The notes beneath the pieces were generated by a model. It worked only from the letters and a program-made list of their open reading frames with translations, did no database searches and had not been told where the DNA came from. Position numbers and translations under genes: made by a program. Source: Naegleria gruberi (lineage: Eukaryota). From it: 37,049 nucleotides of DNA. Of the stretch, positions 1 through 8,346 are shown piece after piece; the stretch's first letter is position 1, and each line of letters begins with the position of its first letter. The stretch lies in NCBI GenBank assembly GCA_000004985.1, contig GG739043.1; one strand, written 5' to 3'.

Positions 1-9
1 TATTCATAA

Positions 10-693
10 ACGATTTGGAGAGAGCTGGAGAGTGCACAAAGCGAATCCTATTTCATTTATACAGCAGATGAAACGTACAACTCAATTAACATTGTCGATT
101 TTGAACCAGCTATTTCTGCCACATCCGAAAATCAAACCTTGAACGAACTTGCTAAAAAGATTTGCACAAATCTTGGTTTAACTGGAACTTTCTATCAGAC
201 TTGTTTGTTCGATGTAATTTCAACTGGTGACACTTCCTTTGCAATGGCTAGTGCTAATGCAGTTGCTGCTGATGCATGTGAATCCAACCCAGCTTCCTGT
301 GCAAATGTTACCTGTCCAAACCATTGCAGTTTGAATGGAATTTGTTTGGATGGTGTATGTCAATGTTTATCAGGATTTTTGGGATCTGATTGTTCTGTTG
401 TGGATGCAAACGCTCAATTTGCCTCCATTATCATAGGAGCAGTTATTTCTGTTGTGGTTGTTTTGGTGATTATATTGGTGGCAATATTTGTCTTATTTTA
501 CATAGGTACCAAGCTGAAGAAAGGTTGGGGTGATAAACACAGAACAATACCAAGCATGGTTAGTATTGTGCCCACACTTACTGGAAAAGATGAAATACCA
601 ATGGATCATGGCAATATTGTAATGGACAATCAACATTACGGAACAGTTTTATTCCACAAGAAAACAAATCAAAGAACTCAAAATACTGCTTAA
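10..693 (+). CDS. 3'-terminal coding part of a type I membrane protein: extracellular region with a tenascin-type EGF-like domain (about 274-393), one TM helix (about 421-504), cytoplasmic tail of about 60 aa. The 5' end is outside the window or in an upstream exon.
   Basis: Frame 1 is open from nt 10 (a TAA sits at 7-9) to a TAATAA double stop at 691-696. The ORF track gives 139-693. The translation contains DACESNPASCANVTCPNHCSLNGICLDGVCQCLSGFLGSDC, which matches the spacing of tenascin/teneurin EGF repeats (CPxxCSxxGxCxxGxCxCxxGFxGxDC). A 28-residue hydrophobic stretch IIIGAVISVVVVLVIILVAIFVLFYI follows, then a basic stop-transfer KLKKGW, and an NVT glycosylation sequon lies on the extracellular side. 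M139 is not a plausible true start, since no signal peptide follows it. A possible acceptor ..tttcatttatacag|cag lies near nt 62, so the exact 5' exon boundary is unresolved. Confidence 0.65.
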   Translation, partial: TIWRELESAQSESYFIYTADETYNSINIVDFEPAISATSENQTLNELAKKICTNLGLTGTFYQTCLFDVISTGDTSFAMASANAVAADACESNPASCANVTCPNHCSLNGICLDGVCQCLSGFLGSDCSVVDANAQFASIIIGAVISVVVVLVIILVAIFVLFYIGTKLKKGWGDKHRTIPSMVSIVPTLTGKDEIPMDHGNIVMDNQHYGTVLFHKKTNQRTQNTA

Positions 694-2012
694 TAAATCG
701 AACATGTTTCAGTTTTTCTCTCTTCTATTTCAAATCTATGTTCAATCCAAAATCTTATCTAACATCTTTGCACTACTCCACTTTCAGATATGGTCACAAC
801 AAAATTGCTCGAAACAATTCCACGAAGATTGCTCATTTTCTCCAGTCCACAGAATTTGCAGTTGTTTGTTCGAGAGAAGTACAATGTTCTGAAATTCTTT
901 TGAAGAAATCTTGTAGAATAATGGTTGAAGACCAATCTTGAAAGAAAATATCTAGCTAATTTCATTTCTGCTATTGTTGTGCATAATTTGCAAGGAGTTT
1001 TGATATTGGATAATTGGAGCCTATCTGTCACATTTTGTAAATCTGAAATAGTCTTCTAAGTCATTCTATCATTAAACAGCTGCAAGAATAATTTTTCATA
1101 GGAAAACCAAACGTTCCGAAATTGCTTGGACCCTTGTAGATTGTGATGAGTTTTTCCCCCAATTCCAAAGAAGTGAACCCTTGAAAAAGGTTCAGGTAAA
1201 ATAATCCTCCCTATCTGTCTCCTCAATTCCCAAATAAAATCTAATTCCATATGTATTGTTTTTCATTCACTTAATAGAGTTGCTCATTAATAATACTCCA
1301 TTTCTTCCACCCAATGAAATGTAATTTGGTGGCACCTATCCATCTCTTTTGTGTTTGTATTAACTCCAAATCTGTTGTAAGCTTTATATACATACGAGTA
1401 TGTGAAAATATCTCACATCCATGTTGTTTACACATTGAAGAATTGAATTGTCTGAAAAATCCATATATGCCCTTCTCTAAATCCAATCTGAACAAATTTC
1501 CTCTTCTCGGATTTCCAAATTTACCAAATCCAATAGAATCCCTTGTCCTTAATTGTTGCACCCAAATGTTCCCTCTCCTTCTCCGAACAACAACAATTCT
1601 ACAATTTTGAAATAATTACTCTACCCCAACACGATTGATTGTTATTATTAATAGGGAGGGAATCAATCAACATCGATGATGAGAGAATTGGATCCGAGTC
1701 TCCAGCATTAACCTTCATCCGAGTCTCTCCATTATTATTGTTCTTGTTCCACTTAAAAACCTATTACAAAATATTCTTCTTCATGATTCAAAACATGAAC
1801 GGAAAACCATCCATAACAAAATAGCCTACAATAATAAGCAGTAAGAAATTCCCTCCGCTATTGTTGCAGCTTAATATCGCTTCAACTTATTGTTTGCTTT
1901 TTTTTTCGTTTTTTTATTTTTGCTCTTTTTCAGTGCCTTAATTGGCACCGTTAGAAATGCTGCAATTTATCCATTCTGTAAGAGATAAAGAGATTCAAAG
2001 ATATGAAGCATG

Positions 2013-2017
2013 AAAAA
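2013..2017 (-). terminator. RNA polymerase III terminator (T5 run) immediately 3' of the 5S gene
   Basis: Plus-strand aaaaa at 2013-2017 is TTTTT on the minus strand, directly abutting the 5S 3' end at 2018. Confidence 0.55.
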
Positions 2018-2135
2018 GACTACAGCACCACAGGTTCCCAAGTTGTCTCCAACCTCAGTACTGATGTGGCTCGACGATGCTTAACTTCTCAAATCGGACG
2101 GGATGAGGTGCATTCATCGTGATATGGCCGTAGCC
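2018..2135 (-). rRNA. 5S ribosomal RNA gene, 118 nt
   Basis: The reverse complement of 2018-2135 reads GGCTACGGCCATATCACGATGAATGCACCTCATCCCGTCCGATTTGAGAAGTTAAGCATCGTCGAGCCACATCAGTACTGAGGTTGGAGACAACTTGGGAACCTGTGGTGCTGTAGTC. It contains the conserved eukaryotic 5S blocks: a 5' xCTACGGCCATA start, the CATCCCGTCCGAT box-A/loop-C region, GAAGTTAAGC, GTACT, GGTTGGAGAC, and a 3' GGTGCTGTAG. The 5' end (GGCUACGGC) pairs with the 3' end (GCUGUAGUC) to form helix I. A T5 run follows directly on the same strand. Confidence 0.85.
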
Positions 2136-2249
2136 ATTCATTTTACTAAAATAAGAATTATTAACAATCCTTCTTACAAAGCTGAATTTTTCAAGTTTCA
2201 ATTCCATGTAGAGAATAATTTATTTAATAATTAAAATTCTAATAATTCA

Positions 2250-2268
2250 TTCGAAATCAATTCGAAAT
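2250..2268. promoter_or_regulatory. Tandem ttcgaaat motif (2250-2257 and 2261-2268), about 50-65 bp upstream of the ATG at 2315
   Basis: Direct repeat of an 8-mer whose core TTCGAA is palindromic. Its position fits a proximal promoter element, but there is no functional evidence. Confidence 0.2.
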
Positions 2269-2314
2269 TTAGCTTCAAGTCATCTGTCATCCCAGTCAAA
2301 AAAATCAACAAAAA

Positions 2315-3008
2315 ATGAGTAGTCTCGAAAAACTATCAACCTACACACACGAGTTGGAAAGTGTCGAGTCAAAGATTGAAGAAAACATCACCACTCTTCG
2401 TCGTCTAAACATTACCAATCAATCGGATCCAAATTTTATTTCCTCACAAATTTCCACACTATCCGAAACCATTGAAGAATTATTGGAAAAATGTAGGAAA
2501 TTATATAACAAGATTAATAACTTGACAAAGAATGATCCATCCGTTGAAAATCAAGTATCCGATACCAAGAAGAAACACAAGGAAATTATTGCCAAGTTGA
2601 GAGCAAGTTACAAACAATCAAAAACATTTATTGAAACTAAAGCAAAGGGGTTGAATGATGGTAAATCATCAAATAACTCTGCTTTAGAATCAACAAATTC
2701 CAATTTAACATCAAATTCATCATCATCAGCAACAAATAGTGGTGGTGCTTCTGGTGGTGGTAAAAAGGAAGGTTTCTTTACATTTGCAAACAAATTGAAT
2801 GAAGGAAAGAATTCATCCAATGCCATTGAAGAAGATGATGTTGTGGAAGTTAAGAGAAACAGTGATGCTGATGTGACAAATATGTACAAGGGAAATGCCA
2901 ATCTGACACAGGAACAACGTCAAAGGCACGATGAAATTGAAAAGGAATTATTTTCTGAAGTATTTTCAACTCAGAAGGAATGTTTGGACATTATCGATCG
3001 TTTGAATA
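2315..3008 (+). CDS. 5' part of a protein-coding gene (start codon present, 3' end lost in the N-run): predicted coiled-coil N-terminus followed by a Ser/Asn/Gly-rich low-complexity region. Function unknown.
   Basis: ATG at 2315 sits in an A-rich context (caaaaaATGagt). There is an uninterrupted ORF of 231 codons up to the gap. No GTAAGT donor occurs inside it. Codon usage is GGT/TCA/GAA/AAT-biased like the other coding segments. The antisense ORF 2608-2901 is a low-complexity mirror and is rejected. The ORF-track extension to 7042 is an artefact of the Ns. Confidence 0.65.
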
Positions 3009-6000
3009 ANNNNNNNNNNNNNNNNNNNNNNNNNNNNNNNNNNNNNNNNNNNNNNNNNNNNNNNNNNNNNNNNNNNNNNNNNNNNNNNNNNNNNNNNNNN
3101 NNNNNNNNNNNNNNNNNNNNNNNNNNNNNNNNNNNNNNNNNNNNNNNNNNNNNNNNNNNNNNNNNNNNNNNNNNNNNNNNNNNNNNNNNNNNNNNNNNNN
3201 NNNNNNNNNNNNNNNNNNNNNNNNNNNNNNNNNNNNNNNNNNNNNNNNNNNNNNNNNNNNNNNNNNNNNNNNNNNNNNNNNNNNNNNNNNNNNNNNNNNN
3301 NNNNNNNNNNNNNNNNNNNNNNNNNNNNNNNNNNNNNNNNNNNNNNNNNNNNNNNNNNNNNNNNNNNNNNNNNNNNNNNNNNNNNNNNNNNNNNNNNNNN
3401 NNNNNNNNNNNNNNNNNNNNNNNNNNNNNNNNNNNNNNNNNNNNNNNNNNNNNNNNNNNNNNNNNNNNNNNNNNNNNNNNNNNNNNNNNNNNNNNNNNNN
3501 NNNNNNNNNNNNNNNNNNNNNNNNNNNNNNNNNNNNNNNNNNNNNNNNNNNNNNNNNNNNNNNNNNNNNNNNNNNNNNNNNNNNNNNNNNNNNNNNNNNN
3601 NNNNNNNNNNNNNNNNNNNNNNNNNNNNNNNNNNNNNNNNNNNNNNNNNNNNNNNNNNNNNNNNNNNNNNNNNNNNNNNNNNNNNNNNNNNNNNNNNNNN
3701 NNNNNNNNNNNNNNNNNNNNNNNNNNNNNNNNNNNNNNNNNNNNNNNNNNNNNNNNNNNNNNNNNNNNNNNNNNNNNNNNNNNNNNNNNNNNNNNNNNNN
3801 NNNNNNNNNNNNNNNNNNNNNNNNNNNNNNNNNNNNNNNNNNNNNNNNNNNNNNNNNNNNNNNNNNNNNNNNNNNNNNNNNNNNNNNNNNNNNNNNNNNN
3901 NNNNNNNNNNNNNNNNNNNNNNNNNNNNNNNNNNNNNNNNNNNNNNNNNNNNNNNNNNNNNNNNNNNNNNNNNNNNNNNNNNNNNNNNNNNNNNNNNNNN
4001 NNNNNNNNNNNNNNNNNNNNNNNNNNNNNNNNNNNNNNNNNNNNNNNNNNNNNNNNNNNNNNNNNNNNNNNNNNNNNNNNNNNNNNNNNNNNNNNNNNNN
4101 NNNNNNNNNNNNNNNNNNNNNNNNNNNNNNNNNNNNNNNNNNNNNNNNNNNNNNNNNNNNNNNNNNNNNNNNNNNNNNNNNNNNNNNNNNNNNNNNNNNN
4201 NNNNNNNNNNNNNNNNNNNNNNNNNNNNNNNNNNNNNNNNNNNNNNNNNNNNNNNNNNNNNNNNNNNNNNNNNNNNNNNNNNNNNNNNNNNNNNNNNNNN
4301 NNNNNNNNNNNNNNNNNNNNNNNNNNNNNNNNNNNNNNNNNNNNNNNNNNNNNNNNNNNNNNNNNNNNNNNNNNNNNNNNNNNNNNNNNNNNNNNNNNNN
4401 NNNNNNNNNNNNNNNNNNNNNNNNNNNNNNNNNNNNNNNNNNNNNNNNNNNNNNNNNNNNNNNNNNNNNNNNNNNNNNNNNNNNNNNNNNNNNNNNNNNN
4501 NNNNNNNNNNNNNNNNNNNNNNNNNNNNNNNNNNNNNNNNNNNNNNNNNNNNNNNNNNNNNNNNNNNNNNNNNNNNNNNNNNNNNNNNNNNNNNNNNNNN
4601 NNNNNNNNNNNNNNNNNNNNNNNNNNNNNNNNNNNNNNNNNNNNNNNNNNNNNNNNNNNNNNNNNNNNNNNNNNNNNNNNNNNNNNNNNNNNNNNNNNNN
4701 NNNNNNNNNNNNNNNNNNNNNNNNNNNNNNNNNNNNNNNNNNNNNNNNNNNNNNNNNNNNNNNNNNNNNNNNNNNNNNNNNNNNNNNNNNNNNNNNNNNN
4801 NNNNNNNNNNNNNNNNNNNNNNNNNNNNNNNNNNNNNNNNNNNNNNNNNNNNNNNNNNNNNNNNNNNNNNNNNNNNNNNNNNNNNNNNNNNNNNNNNNNN
4901 NNNNNNNNNNNNNNNNNNNNNNNNNNNNNNNNNNNNNNNNNNNNNNNNNNNNNNNNNNNNNNNNNNNNNNNNNNNNNNNNNNNNNNNNNNNNNNNNNNNN
5001 NNNNNNNNNNNNNNNNNNNNNNNNNNNNNNNNNNNNNNNNNNNNNNNNNNNNNNNNNNNNNNNNNNNNNNNNNNNNNNNNNNNNNNNNNNNNNNNNNNNN
5101 NNNNNNNNNNNNNNNNNNNNNNNNNNNNNNNNNNNNNNNNNNNNNNNNNNNNNNNNNNNNNNNNNNNNNNNNNNNNNNNNNNNNNNNNNNNNNNNNNNNN
5201 NNNNNNNNNNNNNNNNNNNNNNNNNNNNNNNNNNNNNNNNNNNNNNNNNNNNNNNNNNNNNNNNNNNNNNNNNNNNNNNNNNNNNNNNNNNNNNNNNNNN
5301 NNNNNNNNNNNNNNNNNNNNNNNNNNNNNNNNNNNNNNNNNNNNNNNNNNNNNNNNNNNNNNNNNNNNNNNNNNNNNNNNNNNNNNNNNNNNNNNNNNNN
5401 NNNNNNNNNNNNNNNNNNNNNNNNNNNNNNNNNNNNNNNNNNNNNNNNNNNNNNNNNNNNNNNNNNNNNNNNNNNNNNNNNNNNNNNNNNNNNNNNNNNN
5501 NNNNNNNNNNNNNNNNNNNNNNNNNNNNNNNNNNNNNNNNNNNNNNNNNNNNNNNNNNNNNNNNNNNNNNNNNNNNNNNNNNNNNNNNNNNNNNNNNNNN
5601 NNNNNNNNNNNNNNNNNNNNNNNNNNNNNNNNNNNNNNNNNNNNNNNNNNNNNNNNNNNNNNNNNNNNNNNNNNNNNNNNNNNNNNNNNNNNNNNNNNNN
5701 NNNNNNNNNNNNNNNNNNNNNNNNNNNNNNNNNNNNNNNNNNNNNNNNNNNNNNNNNNNNNNNNNNNNNNNNNNNNNNNNNNNNNNNNNNNNNNNNNNNN
5801 NNNNNNNNNNNNNNNNNNNNNNNNNNNNNNNNNNNNNNNNNNNNNNNNNNNNNNNNNNNNNNNNNNNNNNNNNNNNNNNNNNNNNNNNNNNNNNNNNNNN
5901 NNNNNNNNNNNNNNNNNNNNNNNNNNNNNNNNNNNNNNNNNNNNNNNNNNNNNNNNNNNNNNNNNNNNNNNNNNNNNNNNNNNNNNNNNNNNNNNNNNNN

Positions 6001-7030
6001 NNNNNNNNNNNNNNNNNNNNNNNNNNNNNNNNNNNNNNNNNNNNNNNNNNNNNNNNNNNNNNNNNNNNNNNNNNNNNNNNNNNNNNNNNNNNNNNNNNNN
6101 NNNNNNNNNNNNNNNNNNNNNNNNNNNNNNNNNNNNNNNNNNNNNNNNNNNNNNNNNNNNNNNNNNNNNNNNNNNNNNNNNNNNNNNNNNNNNNNNNNNN
6201 NNNNNNNNNNNNNNNNNNNNNNNNNNNNNNNNNNNNNNNNNNNNNNNNNNNNNNNNNNNNNNNNNNNNNNNNNNNNNNNNNNNNNNNNNNNNNNNNNNNN
6301 NNNNNNNNNNNNNNNNNNNNNNNNNNNNNNNNNNNNNNNNNNNNNNNNNNNNNNNNNNNNNNNNNNNNNNNNNNNNNNNNNNNNNNNNNNNNNNNNNNNN
6401 NNNNNNNNNNNNNNNNNNNNNNNNNNNNNNNNNNNNNNNNNNNNNNNNNNNNNNNNNNNNNNNNNNNNNNNNNNNNNNNNNNNNNNNNNNNNNNNNNNNN
6501 NNNNNNNNNNNNNNNNNNNNNNNNNNNNNNNNNNNNNNNNNNNNNNNNNNNNNNNNNNNNNNNNNNNNNNNNNNNNNNNNNNNNNNNNNNNNNNNNNNNN
6601 NNNNNNNNNNNNNNNNNNNNNNNNNNNNNNNNNNNNNNNNNNNNNNNNNNNNNNNNNNNNNNNNNNNNNNNNNNNNNNNNNNNNNNNNNNNNNNNNNNNN
6701 NNNNNNNNNNNNNNNNNNNNNNNNNNNNNNNNNNNNNNNNNNNNNNNNNNNNNNNNNNNNNNNNNNNNNNNNNNNNNNNNNNNNNNNNNNNNNNNNNNNN
6801 NNNNNNNNNNNNNNNNNNNNNNNNNNNNNNNNNNNNNNNNNNNNNNNNNNNNNNNNNNNNNNNNNNNNNNNNNNNNNNNNNNNNNNNNNNNNNNNNNNNN
6901 NNNNNNNNNNNNNNNNNNNNNNNNNNNNNNNNNNNNNNNNNNNNNNNNNNNNNNNNNNNNNNNNNNNNNNNNNNNNNNNNNNNNNNNNNNNNNNNNNNNN
7001 NNNNNNNNNNNNNNNNNNNNNNNNNNNNNN
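3009..7030. other. Unresolved or masked sequence (4022 N)
   Basis: Run of n. The 3' part of the 2315 gene and the upstream part of the ankyrin-repeat gene are hidden here. Confidence 1.
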
Positions 7031-7436
7031 TATTTAATTTAATATTATTTATAATATTAGGATGTAAGTATTTTAATATTTAATTTAATATATTTTATAA
7101 TATTAGGTTGTAAGTATTTTAATATTTAATTTAATTTTATATTTATAATATTAGTTTGTAAGTATTTTAATATTTAATTTAATATTATTTATAATATTAG
7201 GATGTAAGTAATTTAATATTTAATTTAATATTATTTATAATATTAGGTTGTAAGTATTTTAATATTTAATTTTAGTTTATATTTATAATATTAGGATGTA
7301 AGTATTTTAATATTTAATTTAATTTTATATTTATAATATTAGTTTGTAAGTATTTTAATATTTAATTTAATATTATTTATAATATTAGGATGTAAGTATT
7401 TTAATATTTAATTTAATTTTATATTTATAATATTAG
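7031..7436 (+). repeat. Tandem array of 9 intron-like units (the first is truncated by the gap), about 43-45 nt each. Each unit starts GTAAGTAT, ends TATAATATTAG, and is separated from the next by exactly 3 nt: gat, gtt, ttt, gat, gtt, gat, ttt, gat.
   Basis: Unit coordinates: ..7060, 7064-7106, 7110-7154, 7158-7200, 7204-7246, 7250-7294, 7298-7342, 7346-7388, 7392-7436. The 3-nt spacers are at 7061-7063, 7107-7109, 7155-7157, 7201-7203, 7247-7249, 7295-7297, 7343-7345 and 7389-7391. Units come in a 43-nt variant (..aatattatttataatattag) and a 45-nt variant (..aattttatatttataatattag), arranged as a rough 3-unit higher-order repeat (43-gat, 43-gtt, 45-ttt). Confidence 0.9.
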
Positions 7437-7523
7437 ACACCATTATACACTGCTTGCCAAAATGGTTATTTAGAAATTGTTAAATTATTATTATCATGTA
7501 AAACAATTGATGTTAATTTGGGT
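7437..7523 (+). CDS. Ankyrin-repeat exon (87 nt, phase 0/0) encoding TPLYTACQNGYLEIVKLLLSCKTIDVNLG
   Basis: It directly follows ..attag and is followed by gtaagta. The translation matches the ANK consensus (TPLHxAxxxGHxxVVxLLLxxGADVN). It is 85-90% nt-identical to the start of the next exon at 7711. Confidence 0.7.
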
Positions 7524-7710
7524 GTAAGTATTTTAATATTTAATTTATATTTATATTTATAATATTAGCGTGTAAGTATTTTAATATTTAATTTAATTTT
7601 ATTTATAATATTAGAAAGTAAGTATTTTAATATTTAATTTAATTTTTATATTTATAATATTAGTTTGTAAGTATTTAATATTTAATTTAATTTTTATTTT
7701 TATATATTAG
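7524..7710 (+). repeat. Second array of 4 intron-like units (45, 43, 46 and 44 nt) with 3-nt spacers cgt, aaa, ttt
   Basis: Units are at 7524-7568, 7572-7614, 7618-7663 and 7667-7710. Spacers are at 7569-7571, 7615-7617 and 7664-7666. It is the same unit family as 7031-7436. Confidence 0.9.
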
Positions 7711-8346
7711 CCACCATTATACACTGCTTGCCAAAATGGGCATTTAGAAATTGTTAAACAATTACTTCAACATCCAAATATTAACATAAATTACACATGG
7801 TCAGTGAATGGAATTAATATTCAAACAATTAAAAGTGACATGGAAAAAGAACAACAACTATTAAAAGAACAATCGGAACAATTAAAATTTAACCAACTAG
7901 AAATGGAAAGATTAGAAAGAGAAAGAATTAAAAAATTAGAAATGGAAAGAATTGAAAAGGAAAGAATTGAAAAAGAATGTTTACTAAAAATAGAAAGAGA
8001 AAGAAAAGAATTAGAGAAAAAACAATCATTCATAATCACATCTGAAACATTTTCAAAATTATGTTCACTCAACCAACAAGTTGATAATAATAGAAGAAAA
8101 GTTGAAAAACAATTTGAATCGATTCAATCATTTTCTTCTTCTATTCAAATTAAGAAAGAATTTCAAGATGAATATTTAACAATTTGTAATAATTTAAATA
8201 ATTGTTGTAATTTAATTGAAAGATTAACAAGTAATAATTATAATATTGAAAATAATGAACATTTATTAACTATTAATAATTTAATGAATAATATTAGAAC
8301 TATATTGGAATTTATTAATAATCAAAAATATTTATTAAATACAATC
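7711..8346 (+). CDS. Exon continuing the ankyrin-repeat gene: second ANK repeat (PPLYTACQNGHLEIVKQLLQHPNININ), then an E/R/K-rich predicted alpha-helical or coiled-coil segment (about 7861-8025), then an Asn-rich low-complexity region. It runs into the second N-run.
   Basis: Frame 1 is open from the acceptor at 7710/7711 to the gap. The ORF-track start at M7804 is internal, because the upstream ANK codons are in the same frame. The translation includes EMERLERERIKKLEMERIEKERIEKECLLKIERERKELEKK followed by N-rich sequence (NNLNNCCNLIERLTSNNYNIENNEH..). The antisense ORF 7821-8072 is a low-complexity mirror. Confidence 0.7.

Noticed and set aside
704-1824. Small ORFs in the spacer (704-892+, 738-941+, 759-1031-, 1056-1250-, 1271-1561-, 1314-1610+, 1639-1824+)
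   Set aside because: They are short, mutually overlapping and not protein-like (Cys/Phe/His-rich odd compositions, no domains). They use different codons from the convincing genes and have no A-rich start context. They are treated as noncoding.
1876-1900. Possible U2 snRNA 5' end (atcgcttc...) followed by a T-run
   Set aside because: Only an 8-nt match to the U2 start. The downstream sequence lacks the branch-point-interacting and Sm motifs.
2608-2901. Minus-strand 97-aa ORF antisense to the 2315 gene
   Set aside because: It is a mirror image of the sense strand's Ser/Asn/Gly-rich low-complexity coding region (SSSSMALDEFF..). It is fully contained in a better-supported sense ORF.
7061-7391. 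Treating each 3-nt spacer as a confirmed microexon in the CDS annotation
   Set aside because: They cannot be confirmed without transcript data. The higher-order repeat structure argues for a duplicated intronic satellite. The spacers are reported as a finding rather than as CDS features.
7821-8072. Minus-strand 83-aa ORF antisense to the E/R/K-rich coiled-coil region
   Set aside because: Its low-complexity L/S/F-rich translation is the antisense artefact of GAA/AGA/AAA-rich coding sequence. It lies inside the sense CDS.
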